64,000 nucleotides of DNA. Source: Squalus acanthias. Taxonomy: Eukaryota. The stretch covers positions 15,564,001-15,628,000 of the forward strand of contig CM059433.1 in assembly GCA_030390025.1 (NCBI GenBank). The letters are read 5' to 3'. Below are positions 49,155 through 60,117 of the stretch, piece by piece. A model generated the notes under the pieces. That model was not told the origin of the DNA, did not search any database, and saw nothing but the letters and a program-made list of their open reading frames with translations. The first letter of the stretch is position 1. Every line of letters starts with the position of its first letter. A program made the position numbers and the translations under genes.

Positions 49155-52100
49155 ACATAGAAACATAGAAAATAGGTGCAGGAGTAGACCATTCGGTCCT
49201 TCGAGCCTGCACCGCCATTCAATGCGTTCATGGCTGAACATGCTACCTCAGTACCCCATTCCTGCTTTCTCGCCATACCCCTTGATCCCCCTAGTTGTGA
49301 GTATTATATCTAACTCCCTTTTGAATATATTTAGCGAACTGGCCTCAACAACCTTCTGTGGTAGAGAATTCCACAGATTCACCACTCTCTGGGTGAAGAA
49401 GTTCCTCCTCTTGATATGCCATCCAAGGAATCAATCTAGTGAACGTTCGTTGCACTCCCTCAATAGCAAGAATGTCCTTCCTCAAGTTAGGAGACCAAAA
49501 CTGCACACAATACTCCAGGTGTGGCCTCACAAAGGCCCTGTACAACTGTAGCATCACCTCCCTACTCCTGTACTCAAATCCCCTTGCTATGAAGGCCATC
49601 ATGCCATTTGCTTTCTTGACTGCCTGCTGCACTTGCCTTCCCACCTTCAGTGACTGATGTACCATGACGCCCAGGTCTCGTTGCACCTCCCCTTTCCCTA
49701 ATCTGCCACCATTCAGGTAATAGTCTGCCTCCCTATTTTTACCACCAAAGTGGATAACCTCACATTTATCCACATTGTACTTCATCTGCCATACATTTGC
49801 CCATTCACCCAACCTGTCCAAGTCACTCTGTAGCCTCCTAGCATCCTCCTCATTGTTCACACTGCCTCCCAATTTAGTGTCATCCGCAAATTTGGAGATA
49901 TTACAATTAATCCCTTCGTCCAAATCATTAATATATAATGTAAACAGCTGGGGCCCCAGCACCGAACCCTGCGGTACCCCGCTGGTCACTGCCTGCCATT
50001 CTGAAAAGTACCCATTTACTCCTACTCTTTGTTTCCTGTGTGCCAACCAGTTCTCAATCCACGTCAACACATTACCCCCAATCCCATGTGCTTTAACTTT
50101 GCACACCAATCTCTTGTGTGGGACCTTGTCGAAGGCCTTCTGAAAGTCCAAATACACCACATCTACTGGTTCCACCCTATTGGAAACATCCTCAAAAAAT
50201 TCCAGAAGATTTGTCAAGCATGATTTCCCTTTCACAAATCCATGCTGACTTGGACCTATCATGTCGCCACTTTCCAAATGGTCTGTTATGATATCTTTAA
50301 TAATTGCTTCCATCATTTTACCCACGACCGATGTCAGGCTGACCGGTCTATAATTCCCTGCTTTCTCCCTCCCTCCTTTTTTAAAAAGAGGGGTTACATT
50401 AGCCACCCTCCACTCCTTCGGAACTGATCCAGAGTCTAAGGAATGTTGGAAAATGATCGTCAATGCATCCACTATTTCCAAGGCCACCTCCTTAAGTACT
50501 CTGGGATGCAGACCATCAGGCCCTGGGGATTTATCAGCCTTCAGTCCCATCAATTTCCCCAACACCTTTTCCCGACTGATAAGGATTTCTCTCAGCTCCT
50601 CCCTCTTACCAGATCCTTTGATCTCTTTTATTTCCGGAAGGTTGTTTGTGTCCTCCACAGTAAACACCGAACCAAAGTACTTGTTCAATTGATCTGCCAT
50701 TTCTTTGTTCCCCATTATGACTTCCCCTGTTTCTGACTGCAGGGGACCTACGTTTGTTTTTACTAACCTCTTTCTTTTTACATATTTATAGAAGCTTTTG
50801 CAGTCCGTTTTAATGTTCTCCGCAAGCTTCCTTTCATATTTTATTTTCCCTGCCCTAATCAAACCCTTCGTCCTCCTCTGCTGAGTTTTAAAGTTCTCCC
50901 AGTCCCCGGGTTTGCTGCTACTTCTGGCCAATTTGTATGCCACTTCCTTGCTTTTAATACTATCCCTGATTTCCCTTGTTAGCCATGGTTGAGTCACCTT
51001 CCCTTTTTTATTTTTACGCCAGACAGGGATGTACAATTGCTGTAGTTCATCCATGCGATCTCTAAATGTCTGCCATTGCCCTTCCACTGATAACCCCTTA
51101 AATATCGCTTGCCAATCTAACCTCGCCAATTCACGCCTCATACCCTCAAAGTTGCCCTTATTTAAGTTCTGGACCATGGTCTCTGAATTAACTGTTTCCT
51201 TCTCCATCCTAATGTAGAACTCCACCATACTATGGTCACTCTTCCCCAAGGGGCCTCGCACCACAAGATTGCTGATTAGTCCCTCCTCATTACACAACAC
51301 CCAGTCCAGGATGGCCTTCCCTCTAGTTGGTTCCTCAACATATTGGTTTAGGAAACCACCCTTAAACACTCCAGGAAATCCTCCTCCACCATATTGCTTC
51401 CAGTTTGAGTAGCCCAATCTATATGCATATTAAAGTCACCCATGATAACTGCTGCGCCTTTTTTGCATGCACCTCTGATTTCCTGTTTCATACCCTCCCC
51501 CACCTCACTACTACTGTTTGGAGGTCTGTACACAACCCCCACTAACGTTTTCTGCCCTTTGGTGTTCTGCAGCTCAACCCATATTGATTCCACATCCTCC
51601 AAGCTAATGTCCTTCCTAGCTATTGCATTAATCTCCTTTTTAACCAGCAATGCTACCCCACCCCCTTTTCCTTTTATTCTATCCTTCCTGAATGTTGAAT
51701 ACCCCTGGATATTCAGTTCCCAGCCTTGATTGTTCTGGAGCCACGTCTCTGTAATCCCAATCACATCATATCCGTTAACATCAATTTGCACAGTCAATTC
51801 ATCCACCTTATTACGGATACTCCTTGCATTAAGACAGAGAGCCTTTAGGCTTGTTTTATTAACACCCTTTGTCCTTTTAGACTTATGATTTAGTATGGCC
51901 CTTTGTGTTTCTTGCCTTTGTTTACTCGGATTTCCCTTATTGTTTCTCACCCTTCTAACATTTGTTTCTGACTGCATATTACTTTCCCCTGTTTCGCTAC
52001 ATAGGTTCCCATTCCCCTGCCATATTAGTTTAAATCCTCCCAAACTGCCTTAGCAAATATTACCCCGAGGACATCGGTTCCAGTCCTGCCCAAGTGCAGA

Positions 52101-52763
52101 CCGTCCCTTTTGTACAGGTCCCACTTCCCCCAGAACTGGTTCCAATGCCTCAGGTATTTGAATCCCTCCCTCCTGCACCACTTCTCAAGCCACGTATTTA
52201 ATCTCGCTATCCTGTTCATGCTACTCTGATTAGCACGTGACACTGGTAGCAACCCAGAGATTACTACCTTTGAGGTCCTACTTTTCAATTTAGCTCCTAG
52301 CTCCCTAAATTCTGCTTGTAGGACCTCTTCCCGCTTTTTACCTATATCGTTGGTACCTACATGCACCACGACAGCTGGCTCTTCACCCTCCCTTTCCAGA
52401 ATGTTCTGCAGCCGCTCCGAGACATCCTTGACCCTTGCACCAGGGAGGCAACATACCATCCTGGAATCTCGGTTGCGGCCACAGAAACTCCTGTCTATTC
52501 CTCTTACAATTGAGTCCCCTATCACTATAGCTCTACCACTCTTTTTCCCGCCCTGCTGAAGTTCCTCCTCATCTCAGTCTTAAATGGCTTCCCCTTTATC
52601 CTTAGACTGTGACCCCTGGTCCTAGTTTTCCCTAACATTGGAAACATTCTGCCCGCATCTAATTTGTCTAAACCAGTCAGGATTTTAAACGTCTCTATAA
52701 GATCCCCCCTCATTCTTCTGAACTCCAGAGGATACAAGTTCAGTTGATCCAGTCTTTCTTGAT
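49155..52763 (-). mobile_element. CR1 LINE with SGNH-esterase ORF1 end (52025-52525) and EN/RT ORF2 (~49345-52043), frameshifted and internally permuted
   Basis: Esterase motifs IGDSIVRG, CLPGA, VHVGTND and DGLHL; EN motifs NARS, ITETW and GDFN; RT FADD; tail (tttctatg)n at ~49156. Confidence 0.93.
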
Positions 52764-53408
52764 TTTGTGCTTATCATATCCTTGATATCTGGCAATGAAG
52801 AATGAAAATGATTGCTTGATGAAATAAATCTTCAGTTTAAAACTCTGCTCGATCACTACATTTTCTTTTTGAAGTTATATGATGAACTTTTGAATGTCTG
52901 AGTTTGTGAATCAACGTGTGAGCAGGAAGTGCTTTATGCTGATGCCACTGCAAACTCATTAGATGTCCCCCATTGAAGATTTACAAAATTGAATCAAAAT
53001 GGTTTATTCATGAATGAATCCAAAAGAACGTAAATGCAGAAGCAGTAGCAATGAACTGGTGTAAATTTTATGTAAAAATTAATTATGCATTGGAAGGAAA
53101 ATCAAAAATACATGTTGCAGAGGACTACTCCCTGATGCCAGGAAATGTCCTACTAACAAACTTTACAGGTCAACAAACTTGAAGAATAGACTTCTTAAGC
53201 TTTGGGGATTCTCAAATGCACTTTAATGGATGATGCCAGCCAAGAGAGATTCCCAAGGCCCTGAGTGGAATTTTTTTAATGTTATGGTTCAGTTTCTTTT
53301 AAAGTATATTTGAAGGATGAATATTCAGAAGCAATCATACTTTTGCTCATTAGTAAGGCCTGCAATAGCTCCCTAGTACAGTGAACGAGGGGCATGAAGG
53401 CAAATGGC

Positions 53409-53501
53409 GAACTATAAACAGAAAATGCTGGAAATACTCAGCAGGTCCAGCAGTATCTGTGGAGAGAGAAACAGAGTTAATGACCTTTCGTCAGAACTAT
53501 A
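53409..53501 (-). repeat. Short solo Penelope pLTR remnant
   Basis: Matches the pLTR at 37640-37735 with the hammerhead partly deleted; bounded by the direct repeat gaactata. Confidence 0.7.
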
Positions 53502-54071
53502 GCTTGCTGCAGTGTGCAAGTTGAGTCTTGTGTGGACATAAGCTATTACGTTAATAAATAACAGAGACGCATCATTGTACAGCAGATTGGAGCTCCAATA
53601 CACTGTGGAGTGAAATAGTAGGAGGTGAATTTGTGCCTGCAGTATCCCACACAGTGAATGTCTGATCTGAGCCATACTACTTTGTGGTCATGGAGAGGTT
53701 ATAGGTAAATGCCAGGCACTCATCCATAAGAACACAATGAAAGCAAGGAACGAAAAAAGACCTTTCAGTACATCAAGCCTGCCCCCAGTAAAAAAGTAAA
53801 AATTTTCCTAGTAAAAAAGTGAAAATTTTACAGCTTATCGTTTTACATACAGACGGCAGCTTTTGACACGTTAGACCCCCTGCGACTCCACCTCATTGTC
53901 TCAGTTGTATCTTGCTATGTCTTTGATGTGGTACCTTCCTGGCTGACCTGATTAACTTTATCACACCTCGGCAGATAGTCAGGATGATTTAATTTAGTTG
54001 TCTGCAATTGTAAGGTACACATGCATTGTTCTCTATCTACATATGCTTTGGCGATTCTGTATCTTTTTACT

Positions 54072-54110
54072 TCACCCGACGAAGGAGTAGTAAGCTCCGA
54101 AAGCTTGTGA
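54072..54110 (+). ncRNA. Minimal type I hammerhead ribozyme motif (core variant)
   Basis: UCAC-CCGACGA-A-GGAG(UAGUAAG)CUCC-GAAA-GCUU-GUGA; palindromic AAGCUU stem III; AATAAA follows at ~54116. Confidence 0.7.
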
Positions 54111-54197
54111 TTTCAAATAAAACTGTTGGACTATAACCTGGTGTTGTGCGACCTCTCAATTTTGTCCACCCCAGTCCAACACCGGCATCTCCGCATC

Positions 54198-56876
54198 ATG
54201 ACCACTATCGACACCACAAACTGCCGGCTCAAAGTGGAGAGAATCGCCAAGAAGATCACGCATATCGACACCGACATCAAGTATCTACAGAGATGCAAGA
54301 AAGCAGACAAGATCCCGAAAGGACTACAGATCACGAACCCACTCAAGTCGACATACAACACAGACTACGCTGAGAGACTCTGCCGTCGTACCTCTCGCAC
54401 ACTCCTCAACCATCTCGTACACCAGCTCTACAGCAAACGCCACAACCTCGAAACCAAGATAGAGTCCATGCTCTCAGCCTGTGCTCAGGACACAGCAGAC
54501 CAGTTACGAGACACCGCCAAACAGACGAGGCAACGGAACTACGCTGCCTACATGCGCATCAAGAACAGGAAGCTTGAGAAACTCGGCATCACCACCAGCA
54601 GCAACCAAGCCTCCCCCGGTACCACGGCTGCAACCACAGGGAAGTCCATCGTCAACTTGTCCGACCATACCCTTCAACCAGACGAAATCGAAGTTCTCGC
54701 CCTAGGGCTCAAGTTCTGCCCAACCACCAAAATGGACCCCATCGGTCTTGCGGCAGACACGGAGGAATTCATCAGGAGAATGAGGCTCCGGGAATACTTC
54801 CACAAATCCCAAGATGTCAGCAACAAACCCAATGAGACAATCAATGATCCAGAACAGCAGACAGAGGGACTCGCAGTGCAGCAACCGAAGAAAAAAGAGT
54901 CAAACTGGACCCCTCCGGAGGGTCGCTGCCCCAAGCTTGACATGTATGCTCAAGCTGTCAGGAGATGCATCAACGCCAGATTCATCAGCCGCACTCACAA
55001 GACAGTCCAGAATGTCACCCGAGCACAACGCAACGCCATCCACGCTCTCAAGACCAACCGCAACATCGTCATCAAACCAGCGGACAAAGGAGGAGCCATC
55101 GTCATACAGAACAGAACGGACTATTGTAAAGAAGCATACCGACAACTGGACAACCAGGAACACTACAGACAGCTACCCGCAGATCCGACAAAAGAACACA
55201 CCCGCCAACTCAATAAACTGATCAAGACCTTCGATCCAGACCTTCAAAACATCCTACGCGCTCTCATCCCATGTACTCCCCGCGTGGGAGACTTCTACTG
55301 CCTCCCAAAAATACACAAAGCCAACACACCCGGACGTCCTATCGTATCAGGCAATGGAACCCTGTGTGAGAACCTCTCTGGATACGTCGAGGGCATTCTG
55401 AAACCCGTCGTACAGGGAACCCCCAGCTTCTGTCGCGACACTACAGACTTCTTACAGAAACTCAGCACCCACGGACCAGTTGAACCAGGAACACTCCTCG
55501 CCACGACGGACGTATCGGCACTCTACACCAGTATCCCCCACGATGACGGCATCGCTGCGACAGCCTCAGTACTCAACACCAACAACAGCCAATCTCCAGA
55601 CGCCATCCTACAACTCATCCGCTTCATCCTTGACCACAATGTCTTCACCTTCGACAACCATTTTTTTACCCAAACACACGCAACAGCCATGGGGACCAAA
55701 TTCGCACCTCAATACGCCAACATCTTCATGCACAAGTTCGAGCAAGACTTCTTCGCTGCACAGGACCTCCAGCCAACGCTGTACACCAGATACATCGACG
55801 ACATTTTCTTCCTTTGGACCCATGGCGAAGGATCACTGAAAAGACTACACGATAACATAAACAAGTTCCATCCCACCATCAAACTCACCATGGACTACTC
55901 CTCAGAATCGGTTTCATTCCTGGACACACGAATCTCCATCAAAGATGGACACCTCAGCACTTCACTCTACCGCAAGCCCACGGACAACCTCACGATGCTC
56001 CACTTCTCCAGCTTCCACCCTAACCATGTTAAAGAAGCCATCCCCTATGGACAAGCCCTGCGAATACACAGGATCTGCTCAGACGAGGAGGAACGCGATG
56101 GACACCTACGGACGCTGAAAAACGCCCTCGTAAGAACGGGATATGACGCTCGACTCATCGATCGACAGTTCCGACGGGCCACAGCGAAAAATCGCATAGA
56201 CCTCCTCAGAAGGCAAACACGGGACACAACCAACAGGGTACCCTACGTCGTCCAGTACTTCCCCGGAGCGGAGAAACTATGCCATGTTCTTCGCAGCCTT
56301 CAACATGTCATCGATGACGACAAACACCTCGCTAAGGCCATCCCCACGCCTCCACTACTTGCCTTCAAACAGCCGCCTAACCTCAGAAGTACCATCGTTC
56401 GCAGCAAATTACCCAGCTTTCAGGATAACAGCGACCACGACACCACACAACCCTGCCACGGCAAACTCTGCAAGACATGCCAGATCATCAACACAGATAC
56501 CACCATCACACGTGAGGACACTACCCACCAGGTACATGGTACATACTCATGTGACTCGGCCAACGTTGTCTACCTCATACGTTGCAGGAAAGAATGCACC
56601 GCGGCATGGTACATCGGCGAGACCATGCAGACACTGAGACAACGTATGAACGAGCACCACGCAACAATCGCCAGGCAGGATTGTTACCTCCCAGTCGGGG
56701 AACACTTCAGCAGTCAAGGACATTCAGCCTCGGATCTGCGGGTAAGCGTTCTCCAAGGCAACCTTAGGAACACACGACAACGCAAAATCATCGAGCAGAA
56801 ACTGATAGCCAAGTTCCGCACTCATGAAGACGGTCTCAACCGGGATCTTGGGTTTATGTCACGATACATGACGTGA
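54198..56876 (+). CDS. Penelope reverse transcriptase + GIY-YIG endonuclease, 892 aa from the first ATG, uninterrupted
   Basis: IKPADKGG, LPKIHK..PGRPIVS, DVSALYTSIP, AMGTKFAP, RYIDD, FLD and YRKPT; Cys linker PCHGKLCKTC; VVYLIRC..C...YIGET. Confidence 0.93.
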   Translation: MTTIDTTNCRLKVERIAKKITHIDTDIKYLQRCKKADKIPKGLQITNPLKSTYNTDYAERLCRRTSRTLLNHLVHQLYSKRHNLETKIESMLSACAQDTADQLRDTAKQTRQRNYAAYMRIKNRKLEKLGITTSSNQASPGTTAATTGKSIVNLSDHTLQPDEIEVLALGLKFCPTTKMDPIGLAADTEEFIRRMRLREYFHKSQDVSNKPNETINDPEQQTEGLAVQQPKKKESNWTPPEGRCPKLDMYAQAVRRCINARFISRTHKTVQNVTRAQRNAIHALKTNRNIVIKPADKGGAIVIQNRTDYCKEAYRQLDNQEHYRQLPADPTKEHTRQLNKLIKTFDPDLQNILRALIPCTPRVGDFYCLPKIHKANTPGRPIVSGNGTLCENLSGYVEGILKPVVQGTPSFCRDTTDFLQKLSTHGPVEPGTLLATTDVSALYTSIPHDDGIAATASVLNTNNSQSPDAILQLIRFILDHNVFTFDNHFFTQTHATAMGTKFAPQYANIFMHKFEQDFFAAQDLQPTLYTRYIDDIFFLWTHGEGSLKRLHDNINKFHPTIKLTMDYSSESVSFLDTRISIKDGHLSTSLYRKPTDNLTMLHFSSFHPNHVKEAIPYGQALRIHRICSDEEERDGHLRTLKNALVRTGYDARLIDRQFRRATAKNRIDLLRRQTRDTTNRVPYVVQYFPGAEKLCHVLRSLQHVIDDDKHLAKAIPTPPLLAFKQPPNLRSTIVRSKLPSFQDNSDHDTTQPCHGKLCKTCQIINTDTTITREDTTHQVHGTYSCDSANVVYLIRCRKECTAAWYIGETMQTLRQRMNEHHATIARQDCYLPVGEHFSSQGHSASDLRVSVLQGNLRNTRQRKIIEQKLIAKFRTHEDGLNRDLGFMSRYMT

Positions 56877-57117
56877 TCCGGACTCGAGTCGTCGTTGGCT
56901 TGTTCACAGATGTGATTCCCAGTAAAAAAGTAAAAATTTTCCCAGTAAAAAAGTAAAAAATTTACAGCTTATCGTTTTACATACAGACGGCAGCTTTTGA
57001 CACGTTAGACCCCTTGGGCACGGACTCTGGCAAATAGTGATTTCGGATTATGCTCCGATGACTCTCACATTTTGGACTCTTTTTTGAAAATATGAAATCT
57101 CCTTAGTGACAATGAAC

Positions 57118-57255
57118 AATAGAAACATAGAAAAATAGGAGCAGGAGTAGGCCATTCGACCCTTCGAGCCTGCACCGCCATTCAATATGGTCATGGCTGA
57201 TCCTCTATCTCAATACCATATTCCCGCTCTCTCCCCATACCCCTTGATGCCTTTT
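57118..57255 (-). mobile_element. CR1 3' UTR fragment
   Basis: Matches 49156-49290. Confidence 0.8.
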
Positions 57256-57544
57256 CTAAACCAAACTACTGAGAAATCCAGGTAAACAGTTTCCATTTGC
57301 ATGATATGGAGTGCATGCTCTTTCCCAGTAGGGGCATATGCCACTTACTTAAGTTGAAAGAATTTTGGCATAGGTTGGCCATAATTTACTGTTTGGCAAC
57401 ACCTTCATACAAAGGCTAGAAACAGGAACCATTAGGTTTCTATGGGAAAATAGCAGCTCAGCGGCTTCCGAGGCGTCCTAGCAGGAAGCCCTTGAGGTCG
57501 TAATCGAGGAGGACATTAGAAGTTACACTTCTGCCAGAAAGAAA

Positions 57545-57980
57545 TTCTGTCACTGGTCAGACCACATCTGGAGTACTGTGCCCAGCTTTGGTCCTCCCAC
57601 ACGATGGATGATATAGTGACCTTGGCAAAAGTCCAGAGGCGAGCTACAATAATGATTCCTAGCTTCAAGAACCTCAGCTACTCAGATAGGCTCAAGGACC
57701 TTGGTCTATTTACTTTAGAGTGGCGTAGACTGAGAGACGACCTAATAGAAGTTTATAAAATAATTAAAGGGCTGAATAGCTTGCCTATTGACAGATTATC
57801 CCAGTATAACAGATTGGGGAGGACCAGGGGACACCAGTTTAAACATTGTAGGAGTAAGAATAGACTGGATTCTTTTTTTCCCTGAGAGTAGTGAGTTTCT
57901 GGAATACATGGCCGACTGGTGTGATGGGTGCTGACTCGCCACATGCCTTCAAGAGGGAGCTGGACTTGTTCTTGACTGTA
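57545..57980 (+). mobile_element. Old CR1 3' fragment
   Basis: LVRPHLEYCAQ.WS and LGLFTLE.RRLR.DLIEVYKI. Confidence 0.8.
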
Positions 57981-58529
57981 GGTAAGTAGTAACAGTAGAT
58001 TATCCTTGATCTTCAAAATTTGTTTCTTTCTTCTTTTTTACAGATCGACTCCTCTAGTTTGCGTTAATGAATGGATTTGTGATCTGTGAAACCCAATAGC
58101 CTCCTCATCACGCCAACGAGAGGACATGAGTCAAGCTTTTTCTTTGGTTTGCAAATATCTCAAACCTGCCACCGCTATAACAAAGGGCAACTCCTATACT
58201 GTTATGTGCTAGTGAACTATGGTTATACCTGAGGTGCTGGAATTGAGTAAAAGCTCTTTGTTATGATTATTAAGTGTTTGTTTGTGTGTGTGTGTGTGTA
58301 TGGGGAGAAGACTGAATGTTGCTGCAGTTAAACCACTGGTTTCCTACATTTGCTATCAATCTCGGTGAATAGCTGTAGGCTTCTAATCTGCTTCTACTGC
58401 CATCTCCTTAAGTGACGCACTGGGAATGAGAGATCAGCTGCATCATTATTTGTAGGAGGACTTTATTTAGCTTTGAAGCCAAGGTTGTTTAATCGGCAGG
58501 TTGCCACCAGTATTACATAATCATAGTGT

Positions 58530-59730
58530 TGCTGAACTTGGCTTAATTGGTAGTACTCTTGCTCCTGTGTCAGAAGATTGGGGGTACGAGTCCCGTTCCA
58601 GGCGTTTGAACCCAGGATCTAAGTTGTCGTTCCAGTACAGTACTGCGGAAGTGCTGCATTGTTTGAGGTGCTGCCCTTCAGATGAGACGTCAAACCTGTC
58701 AGATGAATATTAAAGATCTTAAGGCACTATTTAAAGAAAAGTAAATCGTTCTCCCAGTGTCCCAACCAACATTCCACCCTCAACCAATATCACCAAGAAA
58801 AATTCTGGGCATTCCTTTCATTGCTGTTTATAGGATCTTGGTGCACGCAAAATGACTGCAATGTTTATGTAGTAACGGCTAATTCACTTTAAAGTAATTG
58901 GATGTGAAGTGCTTTGACACATTTCTAAGCGACACCATAGGCCCGTAATTTCTGATAGGGCTTCCTGCGTGCGGAGGCCTCCTATCGGAAAAAAATCTAC
59001 GAACTTACCTGAGGGCTCCCGAGGTCCGGACACTTCCGATCCTGGGCCTCTCCACAGTCGAAATGCGCAGGGCCCAGGTATCCCAGGGGCGCAGGCGGTT
59101 CACAAGCGTCCCTGTGATCACGTGGGCCAGGCCAGCCAATAGGAGAATGGAATCTCCCTTCATACACTTGACAGATAGACCTGTCAAATATATGAATGGC
59201 GATCACCCCAAAAACACACTAAAACATTAAATAATTTTTTTAAAAACCATCACATTTTTAAAATGAGTTAAAATTACATTAAATTAAATATTTTAAACAA
59301 AAATTTAATTTTTTGAAAAAAATAATTAAGTTTTTTATGGGGCTAAAAATAAATTTACCTTTTTTTAAAAAGTATTTTTAAATTATAAATGAGTGAAAAA
59401 AAATTATTATTTTTACTTTTTTCAACTCTTATGCTGGTAAAAACAGGCCTTACGCTTGCTTTTACCAGGCGTAAGATTTCTAAGGGTTTTCAGCAGGCGG
59501 AGGTTCTGCAGAAAGCGGAACTCTCCCCCCGCAGAGGCCCTTCTCCAGAGCAGGCGTCGATCTGTCAAGAGCTTCCTTGACAGATCGGAAATGCCGGTTT
59601 TCAGCGCATGCGCTGTGCATGCCTGAAACCGGCATTTCCGATGTCCCTGCGGGTGAGTACACAGCGCGTACACACCCGTAGGGATCGGAAAATACGGGCC
59701 AATATGATGCGGTATAAAAGCAAGTCCTTT
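58530..59730 (+). mobile_element. Diverged DeuSINE split by MITE 58940-59700
   Basis: Colinear with 6215-7443 (cagatgagacgt.aaacc, taaagatc..aggcactattt, tail tataaaagcaagtc). Confidence 0.75.
58940..59700 (-). mobile_element. MITE family A-related copy
   Basis: GGCCCGTAATTTCTGAT...ATCGGAAAATACGGGCC; colinear with 8721-9476. Confidence 0.88.
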
Positions 59731-59839
59731 TTTTCTTTCTTGTTAATGCTTTCTGATACTGACTGGTCATTGAGAAAAGTATCCTTATTCACTGATTCAA
59801 CATAAACATAATTACTCAGTGGAATAAAAAGTAATGCAC

Positions 59840-60077
59840 TGTGGCGGATCGCCACCTAAACGGGCATGATCCACTCTTCCGTCCGTGGACAAATATCCAG
59901 CACCTTCCCTTTAAGGCACCTTACCTTTAAGGCAGGAGTGGGCGGGGCCTCAGGTTTTGACCAGAGAATTCTGGGAGCTTTTCGGTTCAGCCATTTTGTG
60001 CCATGCAGTGATTAAAAAGTCTCTTGTTTAACACACATGGATTCAGCCTTAATTTGTGTTTCGCGGCAGCCTCAACA
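59840..60077 (+). repeat. 5' LTR, 238 bp
   Basis: First 54 bp recur at 63947-64000 with 4 mismatches; ends CA just before the PBS; ATTAAA at ~60011. Confidence 0.9.
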
Positions 60078-60078
60078 T

Positions 60079-60090
60079 TGGTGACCCCGA
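60079..60090 (+). promoter_or_regulatory. Primer binding site for tRNA-Trp
   Basis: TGGTGACCCCGA is the known tRNA-Trp PBS start (TGGTGACCCCGACGTGAT). Confidence 0.85.
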
Positions 60091-60117
60091 TGCTCAGAAC
60101 GTATTCCGAGCACTGCA

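Larger units (their letters stand above)
53784..57013 (+). mobile_element. Penelope-like (Neptune-type) retroelement with terminal direct repeats
   Basis: 96-bp direct repeat 53784-53879 = 56918-57013 (3 mismatches, offset 3134) enclosing a hammerhead motif, AATAAA and one long ORF. Confidence 0.93.

Noticed and set aside
53335..53675. Possible upstream exon(s): a 32-nt phase-compatible mini-exon (~53372-53341), a WDTAG peptide, and an ORF extended by removing the pLTR
   Set aside because: Short, with weak signals, no other GTPase motifs and mutually incompatible frames; indistinguishable from chance.
53784..53830. Short repeats cccagtaaaaaagtaaaaatttt resembling an array
   Set aside because: Only two units, and they are part of the Penelope terminal repeat; not CRISPR-like, and the window is eukaryotic.
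57982..58043. Plus-strand GTAAGT...TTTTTTACAG 62-nt mini-intron
   Set aside because: The upstream side is CR1-derived and all downstream frames close quickly; there is no support without RNA data.
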